64,000 nt of DNA from a virus: the IMG/VR virus record IMGVR_UViG_3300021519_000916, positions 64,001 through 128,000 of that record. One strand, written 5' to 3'. Below, piece by piece: positions 27,019 through 36,053 of this stretch (the first letter of the stretch is position 1; the number at the start of each line of letters is the position of its first letter). Made by a program: the position numbers and the translations under genes. The notes beneath the pieces are model-generated. The model ran no database searches and was not told the origin of the DNA. It worked only from the letters and a program-made list of their open reading frames with translations.

Positions 27019-28164
27019 ATGATAGACGCTTACTACGATCAAATATGTCAGGAGTGGGGAGTAATTCCCTCTTCCGATGTATGTACTGGATACGAATCGG
27101 TGTTGCCCAGCCTACAAGCATTAAGTAAAGAAGCATGGTTACTTGCCAACGACGCTGGCAAGGAACAAATACAACAAGAAGTATTTGACATCTATCGCCA
27201 GGTAAACATTGTTCCTGTTACTTACTACAGCCTTGAAGGTTGCCGCAAACAATTAGTCGAATTATCAAATAAAAAGAAATTAGTCCAAGATCGCACACTT
27301 GGCGTTGGCAACAACGAAGGACTGGCTTTTGGCAGATTCTGGTTTCCAAATATGCAAGATGCAAAATGGAATACCAATGCAACTGTAAGCATACGTGCCC
27401 GCTTCAATCATGATAATAAACTTAAACGTGCAATTAAGTTATGCTATGTACATCGTGACGAGGGCATTGATAGTGTCATCCCAAAGAATCTACGTAGAGC
27501 ATTGGAACTAGTCAACGGCGGCACAATACAAAACTTTAAGCCAATGAATGCCAGAGCCATTTGGGAATACATCTGTCCTAGCTTTATGGGTAGTGTGTTA
27601 GACTTTTCAAGTGGTTATGGCGGACGTATGATGGGTGCAATGACCAGCCGTATGCGATATCATTACACTGGCATAGATCCAAACACCCAAACATACCAAG
27701 GTCTCAATGCCCTTGGGTCGTTGCTACATACATCTGGGTTGGGCTTAGGTTACGAAATGCACAATATACCTAGCGAAGAATTTAATCCAGTTGAGGGCGC
27801 ATACGATGCGGCTTTTTCAAGTCCGCCATACTTCAATCTTGAAACGTACACAGACGAACCAACACAATGTATGAATCGTTACCCTGGATTGGATTTATGG
27901 TTTGAAGGTTATGTAGTGCCTACATTAAAGATGATCTACAAAGGGTTAGCAAGCGACGGCATTTATGCTGTTAACATTGCCGATTATAAGAACGGTAAAG
28001 ATCAGTTTGCCATTGTTGATCGTTGGAAAGCGATTAGCGGGCAAGTGGGATTTAAATATGTGGAACAGATAGATATGCTACTAAATGTTCGTCCCGGTGT
28101 TGGTAATAACAAATTAGAAAAGGCCTACAAGTCAGAAGGTATTTACTTATTTAGAAAAGTGTAG
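27019..28164 (+). CDS. Amino-DNA methyltransferase (N4-C or N6-A)
   Basis: Motif I VLDFSSGYGG precedes catalytic motif IV FSSPPY. Confidence 0.85.
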   Translation: MIDAYYDQICQEWGVIPSSDVCTGYESVLPSLQALSKEAWLLANDAGKEQIQQEVFDIYRQVNIVPVTYYSLEGCRKQLVELSNKKKLVQDRTLGVGNNEGLAFGRFWFPNMQDAKWNTNATVSIRARFNHDNKLKRAIKLCYVHRDEGIDSVIPKNLRRALELVNGGTIQNFKPMNARAIWEYICPSFMGSVLDFSSGYGGRMMGAMTSRMRYHYTGIDPNTQTYQGLNALGSLLHTSGLGLGYEMHNIPSEEFNPVEGAYDAAFSSPPYFNLETYTDEPTQCMNRYPGLDLWFEGYVVPTLKMIYKGLASDGIYAVNIADYKNGKDQFAIVDRWKAISGQVGFKYVEQIDMLLNVRPGVGNNKLEKAYKSEGIYLFRKV

Positions 28165-28176
28165 TATACTGATAGC

Positions 28177-28824
28177 ATGTCAAAATTAGCCAGAATACTT
28201 GCACAAAATATTAGATCCGGATCCGGCAACCACGGATTAACAGAAGACCAATTATACGAAATATTCCATCCAGTTAATAACGTTGACCAATTGGCCTACA
28301 GTCTATACAAATGTGCCGAAGTAAGTGGCAAGAGTGCATTTACCACGCAGTTGGTTACGTTAAGTAGGCCATTGTTATCAGACTTTACAGCATGGCATCA
28401 AATTGACGAACCATGGAACGAATCATGGAACTTTGATAAAGCTCACCCAGGATGCTACATATATGGATTGTTTGAAACTGTAGTGCCAGCTGGGCCAGCT
28501 GATTTTTTAGACAGTAATGTATTTTACATTGGCGAATCACGTGCCACCAGTAGGCATAGTATGTTGGGGAGACGCACAGATTTTAAAGGTACTGTACGCA
28601 ATGATCGATTGAGTCCATATGGTTGTGGTACAGCATTTAAAATGCACTTTGGCAAAGATAAGATTAATTACGTGCATCAAGCATATCTGCCAATGCACCC
28701 AAGTTACTGCAAAACCACAGAGTTAGATTTGTTAGCAGAATACTACAAAAAATATCAGCAAATACCAGCATGTAACCCACCTCTTGATTCCACTAAAGTA
28801 ATAAAGCACTTAAAAAATCAGTAA
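28177..28824 (+). CDS. GIY-YIG-like nuclease
   Basis: GCYIY...FYIGES, R, E..LL, P.CN; a TATACT box lies 7 nt upstream of the ATG (possibly leaderless). Confidence 0.6.
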   Translation: MSKLARILAQNIRSGSGNHGLTEDQLYEIFHPVNNVDQLAYSLYKCAEVSGKSAFTTQLVTLSRPLLSDFTAWHQIDEPWNESWNFDKAHPGCYIYGLFETVVPAGPADFLDSNVFYIGESRATSRHSMLGRRTDFKGTVRNDRLSPYGCGTAFKMHFGKDKINYVHQAYLPMHPSYCKTTELDLLAEYYKKYQQIPACNPPLDSTKVIKHLKNQ

Positions 28825-28883
28825 AATCAATGACTTACGTAGCCTATATTTTGGTTGTCCAATAAATCCATTTCGTTTACAAT
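28825..28883 (+). promoter_or_regulatory. IHF-consensus site plus early promoter
   Basis: AATCAATGACTTA (WATCAANNNNTTR) at 28825; TTGTCC-17 nt-TACAAT. Confidence 0.65.
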
Positions 28884-28913
28884 AGCTTCATACAGTTAGA
28901 TAACGGAGCAAAA

Positions 28914-29147
28914 ATGCAAAATTATGTGCAAATGACAGTTGGTGGAATGCAAGCGATGGTTCCAGTCGAACATGCTAAAAAAGTGCAAAAAAAGCAAGAA
29001 CTAGTGGCACAAGCGATGCGCCTGCAAACAGGTATGGAATCTTGCACCGGCGTCGCCCACACGATTTTGCAAGAGCAGTTGATGGAAACCATGGGTAAAA
29101 TCCGTAATTTAAACCGTCGTATTCCCCCGTGCGTTAAATTTATCTAA
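28914..29147 (+). CDS. Early hypothetical protein
   Basis: Own promoter and GGAG SD. Confidence 0.75.
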   Translation: MQNYVQMTVGGMQAMVPVEHAKKVQKKQELVAQAMRLQTGMESCTGVAHTILQEQLMETMGKIRNLNRRIPPCVKFI

Positions 29148-29150
29148 TGA

Positions 29151-29210
29151 AATCAATGACTTACAACGTCTTTATTTTCGGTTGACCCGAAATTCAGGTC
29201 CGTGTATAAT
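29151..29210 (+). promoter_or_regulatory. IHF-consensus site plus early promoter
   Basis: AATCAATGACTTA at 29151; TTGACC-17 nt-TATAAT. Confidence 0.7.
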
Positions 29211-29242
29211 GTATACATACAGTTAGATAACAGGAGAAACAA

Positions 29243-29578
29243 ATGGATAAAAGCACGTTAGATTTTGCAGTAAAAAATGAAACTAAATTTTACATTGACG
29301 AAACTGATAGCAAGTCCGGTCCTGTGGTTCGTTGGAACACCAGCAATAATATCCCGTTTCAAGACATGTTAGAAGCTTTTGTTAGCCTGGGCTACATTGG
29401 CCAATTGGAATTGCAGAACAGTTTGGATCAACGCAAAATTGAAGACCGTATTGCGATCGAAGCATATCGCAAGAATTTTAAGGGCTATGATTCCGAGACA
29501 TTAGCGGAGATGCGTAGCGAATTTGGTTCTGGTGCTAAGGTAGTGAACGTGCTAACCGGTACGGTAACCCAACTGTAA
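29243..29578 (+). CDS. Early hypothetical protein
   Basis: AGGAG SD; EMRSEFG.G..VVNV.TG C-terminus. Confidence 0.75.
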   Translation: MDKSTLDFAVKNETKFYIDETDSKSGPVVRWNTSNNIPFQDMLEAFVSLGYIGQLELQNSLDQRKIEDRIAIEAYRKNFKGYDSETLAEMRSEFGSGAKVVNVLTGTVTQL

Positions 29579-29830
29579 TTGGAGATGCAAATGATTACAT
29601 CAGTCAAACTGCAAGAGATAATTTCCCATACTCCGCAGACATTAGCCACTGTATTAGATTTTTCAGGTTATACTGGCGCACAATTTAAGAGCGCGGAGTT
29701 TATAGGTATCACCAATAGTGGTGAATTTTGCTACAAGGTTGTGTATCACGATGAGTGTGGTACGGGTGAGGCTGTGGGCAAAGTATTTTTGGCTTATAAA
29801 AAAGATGGCACAGTGGTTGCTGATTATTAA
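29579..29830 (+). CDS. Early hypothetical protein
   Basis: GGAG at the ORF start suggests the real ATG is 29591. Confidence 0.7.
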   Translation: MEMQMITSVKLQEIISHTPQTLATVLDFSGYTGAQFKSAEFIGITNSGEFCYKVVYHDECGTGEAVGKVFLAYKKDGTVVADY

Positions 29831-29843
29831 TTAAGGAATAAAA

Positions 29844-30035
29844 ATGGATATTACATTGCGTAAGATAACAGCAACAGAAGCAGAAGATTTGTCGTATAGC
29901 CAGGAGTATGCAGAATACATCATGGAGCATAGTGCAGGTGATCGACTTATCTGTAACGGCGACACTTTACTAGAAGCGCAAGAAGATGGATACTTGTGGG
30001 AGAGTTTTTTAGATAGCATGGGATTGGAAGAATAA
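29844..30035 (+). CDS. Small acidic early protein
   Basis: AAGGA SD; ICNGDTLLEA. Confidence 0.7.
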   Translation: MDITLRKITATEAEDLSYSQEYAEYIMEHSAGDRLICNGDTLLEAQEDGYLWESFLDSMGLEE

Positions 30036-30042
30036 TTTTTGG

Positions 30043-30071
30043 TTGTCCAATAAATCCGTTTACCGTATAAT
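30043..30071 (+). promoter_or_regulatory. Early promoter
   Basis: TTGTCC(AATAAAT)-17 nt-TATAAT. Confidence 0.7.
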
Positions 30072-30101
30072 ATGTGTATAGTTAATAACAAGGAGTAGTT
30101 C

Positions 30102-30557
30102 ATGAAGACGTTCCAATTTGCAGGTTTTAGTCGTGTAGCCGGTGAACTTAAATTTCGCACCGCAATGAGTCAAGCCCGTGCTCAGCAATTGGCCAAGCTC
30201 GGCGACACTGATGTCAATATGACTATACTTCCTACACTAATGTCTAAAACAGAAGCCGCTAAATGGTGCTTGACTTCACCTGTGTTTGACAAGTGTGGCG
30301 AAGATGTGTTGGCATTGTTTACTACCAATGCAGTGGATGAGAATCCGTTTGTTGCCAAGGCACCCAAGGCAGTTAAAAAGCCAAAGACCGTTAAGGTTAC
30401 TGTCCCGGCCGCAAAGGTCCAAGGACTCGTCAAAGCTAAGACAGTCATCTATGAGGATGTTGCACCATCACAATCCTCAAAAGATAAAGCAAAGGCACGT
30501 GCCGAGTTTATGAAGATGCTCGCGGAAGTGCGCGACGAAGTTGAGCGTGGCGTATAA
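30102..30557 (+). CDS. Early hypothetical protein, Lys/Ala-rich tail
   Basis: AGGAG SD after promoter. Confidence 0.75.
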   Translation: MKTFQFAGFSRVAGELKFRTAMSQARAQQLAKLGDTDVNMTILPTLMSKTEAAKWCLTSPVFDKCGEDVLALFTTNAVDENPFVAKAPKAVKKPKTVKVTVPAAKVQGLVKAKTVIYEDVAPSQSSKDKAKARAEFMKMLAEVRDEVERGV

Positions 30558-30562
30558 TACAG

Positions 30563-30591
30563 TTGACCAATAAATCGTAACATCGTATAAT
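30563..30591 (+). promoter_or_regulatory. Early promoter
   Basis: TTGACC(AATAAAT)-17 nt-TATAAT. Confidence 0.75.
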
Positions 30592-30620
30592 AGTTTTACA
30601 TTAACAAAAAGGAGTTTTAA

Positions 30621-31724
30621 ATGGCCGTGACTGAAAACCGTAGTGTAACCCCAAACGAAGCACGTAGTCGTGTTTTGCGTTGTTTTAAAAATAAGCGTCC
30701 TGTTTTCTTGTGGGGTCCTCCGGGAATCGGCAAGTCAGAATTGGTTGCTGGTTTGTGTGAAGATCTCGGCGGGCATATGATTGATATGCGACTGGGACAA
30801 TGTGAGCCAACTGACATCCGTGGTATCCCGTTCTTCAATAAAAATAAAGAGGTAATGGATTGGGCTCCCCCAATTGAATTGCCTAGCGAAGAACTCGCTA
30901 AAAAGTATCCTATCATTGTGTTGTTCTTGGATGAGCTGAACTCAGCGGCTCCGGCTGTGCAAGCGGCAGCTTATCAATTGATTTTGAATCGTGGTGTCGG
31001 TACTTATCGCTTGCCGGACAATGTTGTTATGGTTGCCGCAGGTAATCGCGAATCTGACAAGGGTGTTACTTATCGTATGCCAAGTCCTTTGGCGAATCGT
31101 TTCGTTCACTTGGAAGTGCGGACAGATTTCCAATCTTGGGAACAGTGGGCTGTCAATCACAAAATCCACAAGGACGTTGTTGGTTACATCGGTTTTGCTA
31201 AACAGGACTTGATGGACTTTGATCCTAAATCGTCAAGCCGTGCGTTTGCTACTCCGCGTAGCTGGTTCTTTGTGTCACAGTTTCTTGAGGACGATGAAGC
31301 AACCGATGCAGAGCTTGTAGATTTGATCTCAGGTACTATTGGCGAAGGACTTGCTATTAAGTTTATGGCACACCGCAAAGTGTCTGGGCAGATGCCAAAA
31401 GCAGAAGATATTTTGGCCGGTAAAGTCAAGGAACTCAAAGTTAAGGAAGTGTCAGCGATGTATTCGCTTACTATTAGCCTGTGCTACGAGCTCCAGGAAC
31501 AGTTTAAGAAACTCGGTAAAGATAAACTGTCCGACTGGCACGCTCAAGCGGATCACTTCCTACGTTTTATGATGGATAATTTTACTACAGAGCTCGTTGT
31601 TATGGGTGCTCGTGTTGCGCTAACCACGTATAACTTGCCCATGGTTCCAGGTAAGATGAAATCGTTTGATGAGTTCCATCAGCGTTTTGGCAAATACATC
31701 ATTGCCGCAAGTGGCAAGAACTAA
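30621..31724 (+). CDS. MoxR-like AAA+ ATPase
   Basis: GPPGIGKS, LFLDE, AAGNR, LANRF, TPRSW. Confidence 0.9.
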   Translation: MAVTENRSVTPNEARSRVLRCFKNKRPVFLWGPPGIGKSELVAGLCEDLGGHMIDMRLGQCEPTDIRGIPFFNKNKEVMDWAPPIELPSEELAKKYPIIVLFLDELNSAAPAVQAAAYQLILNRGVGTYRLPDNVVMVAAGNRESDKGVTYRMPSPLANRFVHLEVRTDFQSWEQWAVNHKIHKDVVGYIGFAKQDLMDFDPKSSSRAFATPRSWFFVSQFLEDDEATDAELVDLISGTIGEGLAIKFMAHRKVSGQMPKAEDILAGKVKELKVKEVSAMYSLTISLCYELQEQFKKLGKDKLSDWHAQADHFLRFMMDNFTTELVVMGARVALTTYNLPMVPGKMKSFDEFHQRFGKYIIAASGKN

Positions 31725-31753
31725 GAATCCGTTAGTCACGGTCGGGGGCATTC

Positions 31754-32080
31754 GTGAGATATAAGTCCTCCGTTTTTATAGTGCTACTGCTACATGGTTG
31801 CGCGGCACCAGTTATGTTCGGTGTAGGTGCTACCAGTATAGCAGTAACAGAAACTACTGGAAAATCTGTAACCGACCATGTTGTTAGTACAGCAAAGGAA
31901 AAAGATTGCAGACTCTCAAGATATTTTAAAGGTGAGCAAGTGTGCCAAGAAGTAGAAACTGTACGATCATCTGTTACTGTTAGTAGTCCAACAAGACCTA
32001 TAATAATTGATTCAAACTCAACGATTAAATCGTATGAAGAGGTATTGGTAAGGCGGCGAAACACGTCTTACGTTAAATAG
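31754..32080 (+). CDS. Putative lipoprotein
   Basis: Signal peptide ending LLLHGC (lipobox). Confidence 0.6.
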   Translation: MRYKSSVFIVLLLHGCAAPVMFGVGATSIAVTETTGKSVTDHVVSTAKEKDCRLSRYFKGEQVCQEVETVRSSVTVSSPTRPIIIDSNSTIKSYEEVLVRRRNTSYVK

Positions 32081-32086
32081 TATTAG

Positions 32087-32116
32087 TAGACCAATAAATC
32101 AAAGTCGTGCTATACT
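32087..32116 (+). promoter_or_regulatory. Early promoter
   Basis: TAGACC(AATAAAT)-18 nt-TATACT with TG extension. Confidence 0.55.
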
Positions 32117-32145
32117 ATGTATATAAATTAATCAAAGGAAGAAAA

Positions 32146-33429
32146 ATGGCAAATCACGTAATCCATAATGTTGCAGTAGCAGAACCCGAAGCTACCGCAC
32201 CGGTTCGTAAGCCCACAGATCCTAAAGTTGATGCCGCGGCACGTGAAAAATTGATTACTGCACGTATTGGACTCTTGCTCAAGGCACCGTTCTTTGGTAA
32301 CCTTGCAACACGTATGACTCTAGTAAACGGTGACGACTGGTTGCCCACCGCCGCAACAGACGGACGTAAATTTTACTACAATTCGGAATTCGTCAACAAC
32401 ATGCCTTTGAAGCAGGTTGAGTTTTTGGTTGGGCATGAAGTATTACATGCCGTATATGATCATATGGGACGACGCGGCGAACGTAATCCTAAAGTGTGGA
32501 ACATTGCAGATGACTTTTGCGTTAATGCAGATTTGATTGAACAAAAGATTGGCGAAAAGATTACCGTATGCGGCGTATTGTATGATCCCAAATACAAAGG
32601 TATGTCAGCAGAAGAAGTATACGATGACCTAATGAAGAATGCCAACAAAATTAATTTTGATGATCTTGCTAAATTGTTGCTGGACGAGCACTTAGATGGT
32701 GACGGTGACGGTGACGGTAAAGAAGGCGACAAAGATGGTAAGGGTCGTCCTAAATTGTCCGATGCTGAGAAAAAAGCCATCCGCGATGAGATTAAAGAAG
32801 CAGTAATCTCAGCTGCCAATGCTGCTGGCGCAGGTAACTTGCCAAGTGGCGTCAAGCGTCTTATTAAGGACATGACGGAACCACAAATTAGTTGGAAGGA
32901 ATTGTTGGAGCAACAAATCCAAAGCACCATTAAAAATGATTTTTCTTTTGCTCGTCCAAATCGTAAGGGCTGGCACATGGATGCTATTCTTCCGGGAATG
33001 AAGCCAGGCGACACCATTGACATTGCTGTTTGTATTGACCAATCGGGTAGTATTAGCGGAGAAGATAGCAAGTGTTTCCTAAGTGAGATCCGTGGCATCA
33101 TGGAAGCATACGATGAATACAAGATTCGCTTGTGGTGCTTTGATACTGAAATTTACAACGATCAAGAGTTTAACAGCGACAATATGAAAGACATCGCCGA
33201 ATACGAACCAATGGGCGGTGGCGGTACTGACTTTATGGCAAATTGGACTTACATGAAAGAACATGGTATCGAACCCAAGAAGTTTATCATGTTTACAGAT
33301 GGTATGCCGTTTGGTGAATGGGGCGATGAAAATTATTGTGATACCGTTTGGATTATTAAAGGTAATCCCGGATGTGAGCCACCATGGGGCATTTGGGCGC
33401 ACTACGAAGAAGAGGCTAAAAAGAAATGA
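32146..33429 (+). CDS. DUF2201-type metallopeptidase-like/vWA protein (MoxR partner)
   Basis: TAATDG, HEVLH, MIDAS DQSGS, GGGGT, FTDG. Confidence 0.88.
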   Translation: MANHVIHNVAVAEPEATAPVRKPTDPKVDAAAREKLITARIGLLLKAPFFGNLATRMTLVNGDDWLPTAATDGRKFYYNSEFVNNMPLKQVEFLVGHEVLHAVYDHMGRRGERNPKVWNIADDFCVNADLIEQKIGEKITVCGVLYDPKYKGMSAEEVYDDLMKNANKINFDDLAKLLLDEHLDGDGDGDGKEGDKDGKGRPKLSDAEKKAIRDEIKEAVISAANAAGAGNLPSGVKRLIKDMTEPQISWKELLEQQIQSTIKNDFSFARPNRKGWHMDAILPGMKPGDTIDIAVCIDQSGSISGEDSKCFLSEIRGIMEAYDEYKIRLWCFDTEIYNDQEFNSDNMKDIAEYEPMGGGGTDFMANWTYMKEHGIEPKKFIMFTDGMPFGEWGDENYCDTVWIIKGNPGCEPPWGIWAHYEEEAKKK

Positions 33430-33620
33430 GAATTACTAACCAACAAGCATACGAAACTTATCAGCAGATACAGGACATAAAGAAACTTGAGCGTAGACAC
33501 GAAGCTCTCCAAGTCGAAGAACGACGTATACACGACCAAATTAAAGCCAACGATGCGGCACGTACCGAATACAATCGCCGTATGGGACGCAATGGACAAA
33601 ACGTAGATGTACTCGCATAA
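33426..33620 (+). CDS. Small hypothetical protein
   Basis: ATGA overlap; ends GQNVDVLA. Confidence 0.65.
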   Translation: MRITNQQAYETYQQIQDIKKLERRHEALQVEERRIHDQIKANDAARTEYNRRMGRNGQNVDVLA

Positions 33621-33628
33621 AGAAAACT

Positions 33629-33958
33629 ATGAAAACTATATTGCATAATGTAAACACCACTGCTGTTCCTGAAAAAGATTTGCCTCTTACTCCCGAAGTA
33701 AAACTAATCAATGCTCCGGAGGATCTCGATACAGCAATTAAACGTATCATGGCACTGGAGATGGCGCTTGAGGATATTTCAAGGGCCGCAGAAATTGTTA
33801 GTATTACAGGGCAGTTGAGTATTTTAGATAGCTTTAAAAGAGCCGCGGACACAACTCTGGAGTCTAAGATCCAAATTGAGCAACCAGATATGAATGAGAA
33901 TTTTAAACTTACTGTTATCACCGACAAAGAAGAAAGCACTAGTGCTGAAACTAAATGA
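33629..33958 (+). CDS. Hypothetical protein
   Basis: Packed ORF. Confidence 0.65.
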   Translation: MKTILHNVNTTAVPEKDLPLTPEVKLINAPEDLDTAIKRIMALEMALEDISRAAEIVSITGQLSILDSFKRAADTTLESKIQIEQPDMNENFKLTVITDKEESTSAETK

Positions 33959-34229
33959 TGTAAATCCACTGTCCGTTTTTGGGTTGCGACAAGTTGATCA
34001 TTGTCCCCCGCATTTTGTTGTATTTCGATTTGAAGTATATACCCAAGAAAAAACAATTACAGATTGGATTTGGGAGAACCTCGAAGGGAGGTTCTTTTTT
34101 GGTGACGACTATATAAGCACTACTGGGGGAAGTGTGGCAATGCAAAAAATGGTTGGGTTTGAGATTCCGGGAGAAGCTAGTTATTTTACCCTATTGCTGA
34201 GCACGTTTAATAGTCCAGAAAACTGGTAA
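33942..34229 (+). CDS. Hypothetical phage protein
   Basis: GTG at 33942; NPL..FGLR...PPHF, WI.ENL.GRF, GFE...EASYF. Confidence 0.7.
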   Translation: MLKLNDVNPLSVFGLRQVDHCPPHFVVFRFEVYTQEKTITDWIWENLEGRFFFGDDYISTTGGSVAMQKMVGFEIPGEASYFTLLLSTFNSPENW

Positions 34230-34296
34230 GAAAAAATTTTTCCACTCTGACTGTAGGTAGTAAATATATGCATAGTTTATATTTATTGGAGATACT

Positions 34297-34548
34297 ATGT
34301 CAGACACAACACAAACAACAGAGCAAGTTCAGTCAACTGATTCCGTCCCAGCGCAATTACAGTTAGCTGATATTTTGTTGGCAGCACAAGCAATTAGTCT
34401 TGCTAGCCAACGCGGCGCATTTAAGGCCGAAGAATTCACACAAATAGGTGGTTGTTTTGATCGCATTACTGCATTCCTCAGGGATAGTGGTGCGCTCAAT
34501 ACGGCTCCTGCTAGTGAACAAACAGCTGACCAATCATCAGCTGAATAA
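34297..34548 (+). CDS. Hypothetical protein
   Basis: GTAAATA box and GGAG upstream; ASQRGAF. Confidence 0.75.
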   Translation: MSDTTQTTEQVQSTDSVPAQLQLADILLAAQAISLASQRGAFKAEEFTQIGGCFDRITAFLRDSGALNTAPASEQTADQSSAE

Positions 34549-34559
34549 AGGAAAATAAA

Positions 34560-35258
34560 ATGATCAAACATGTCGGAAAACACAACAACAAAAAGATAGT
34601 ATTACTATGGCGTCAGGTTCCCAACGATGCTCATATGGCTTTAGTGGCCTATAGCGATACATTACCACGTATGATACACGACGAAGTAATGAAATGCTTA
34701 GAGAGTGCTGTTGGACAGAATGCCAAGGATTTGTCGGATGTGTTATTCCGCACTATTATGTCCGATGGACGTAATGCCCTTGAAGTAATGCACAAAGAAG
34801 GATTTATTAAGAAGGTTCCTACAAGTCAAATTTTGATTACACCGACTGCAAAGTCAAGTGTGCGATTAGACGAATTAAACAACATTCTTGATGAAATGGA
34901 AAAGGGCGAAGAGGCCGTGAAGCGTATGGCAGACCTTGACAACAATTCTGGATTACAAACAAAGAAGCGTCGTACAGAAGGCCGTGAAGTTGGCATGCCG
35001 CCAAACAATTCTAGTGTTAGCAGAACTAACATTGATGTTGAAGGCACAGACTCCGCAGCAGCGTATCTTAAAGGTACATTGAGCGATACTGACTTAGCAG
35101 AACAACGCATGAGTCAAGCTGAAAAAATGAAGGACCAAGCCAAGATATTAATGGCTGAAGCCGAACGCTTAATGAACGAAGCCAAACAATTTACTCCTGC
35201 TAAAAATGTCAACACAAAAACCAAAAAAACCACGGCAGCAAAAAAGCAGGCGGCTTAA
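34560..35258 (+). CDS. Hypothetical phage protein with coiled-coil tail
   Basis: AAGGA SD; MIKHVG start. Confidence 0.75.
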   Translation: MIKHVGKHNNKKIVLLWRQVPNDAHMALVAYSDTLPRMIHDEVMKCLESAVGQNAKDLSDVLFRTIMSDGRNALEVMHKEGFIKKVPTSQILITPTAKSSVRLDELNNILDEMEKGEEAVKRMADLDNNSGLQTKKRRTEGREVGMPPNNSSVSRTNIDVEGTDSAAAYLKGTLSDTDLAEQRMSQAEKMKDQAKILMAEAERLMNEAKQFTPAKNVNTKTKKTTAAKKQAA

Positions 35259-35550
35259 TTTAAACAGTAAAGAGAAATGGGAACGCTTGCTCAAGGAAGT
35301 ACACAAAGAGCAAGTCCCTGTTGGTGTATTACTCTCTATTACTGTTAATCTCAAAGACGGAACTGCTGTAGATGTTAATGTTGCTGAAATGCTAGAAGAA
35401 GGCCAAGATCCCGATTTTGTTGAACATGTTATTAACGAAAAGTTAAAAGCACTGGGAGATATTATTGCGGATGTTGACTTTCATATTAGCGTTGATGCAG
35501 TATCAAAAGTAATTCAACCCTTTACAGATAACCTCCTAAAAGACTTATGA
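35206..35550 (+). CDS. Hypothetical protein
   Basis: Overlapping ORF coupled to DHFR. Confidence 0.7.
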   Translation: MSTQKPKKPRQQKSRRLNLNSKEKWERLLKEVHKEQVPVGVLLSITVNLKDGTAVDVNVAEMLEEGQDPDFVEHVINEKLKALGDIIADVDFHISVDAVSKVIQPFTDNLLKDL

Positions 35551-36053
35551 TAAATGCTATATTTGCCGTAGACCATTATGGCGGTATGGGATTCAATGGC
35601 ACATTGCCTTGGCCCCATAATGCCGCAGATTTGGCTAACTTTAAAAAAGCAACAACCAACCACGTTGTGGTAATGGGACGGAATACATGGGACGATCCAA
35701 AAATGCCCAAGCCATTGCCAGAACGAATTGTGTACGTGGCCAGTAAGCATCCTGTTACTAAAGCAGGTCGTGTAGAAGGTGATATTGTAGAACGAGTATT
35801 GGCATTAGAAAAACAACACCCGGATCGTATTATTTGGGTAGTAGGTGGCCCTGCAATACTTGAAGCGTGTGTCGATATATTTGATCAAATTCACTTGACA
35901 CATTTCAAAGGTTCGTATAAAATAGATACTAAGATAAACCTTAAATCCTTCTTAACAGGATTTAGTATCAGGCACGCTACAGTAGCACCTGACTTTAAAT
36001 CAACTTTTATAAGATATGAACCATTATTTAGCCGCGTTAAAACAAGTACTTGA
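35547..36053 (+). CDS. folA: Dihydrofolate reductase
   Basis: G..G.LPWP...DL.NFK..T, VVMGR.TW, PLP.R, VGG. Confidence 0.92.
   Translation: MINAIFAVDHYGGMGFNGTLPWPHNAADLANFKKATTNHVVVMGRNTWDDPKMPKPLPERIVYVASKHPVTKAGRVEGDIVERVLALEKQHPDRIIWVVGGPAILEACVDIFDQIHLTHFKGSYKIDTKINLKSFLTGFSIRHATVAPDFKSTFIRYEPLFSRVKTST

Noticed and set aside
28825-30620. Repeated intergenic sequences as a possible CRISPR array
   Set aside because: The repeats are degenerate promoter elements separated by whole genes; there are no constant-length spacers or cas genes.
32695-32720. (GACGGT)n microsatellite, also the Gly-codon run near 22396-22434
   Set aside because: In-frame low-complexity protein linkers; no sign of phase variation.
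32460-33122. 220-aa minus-strand ORF, also 21408..21950 and 33541..34056
   Set aside because: Fully antisense to well-supported plus-strand genes and without recognisable motifs.
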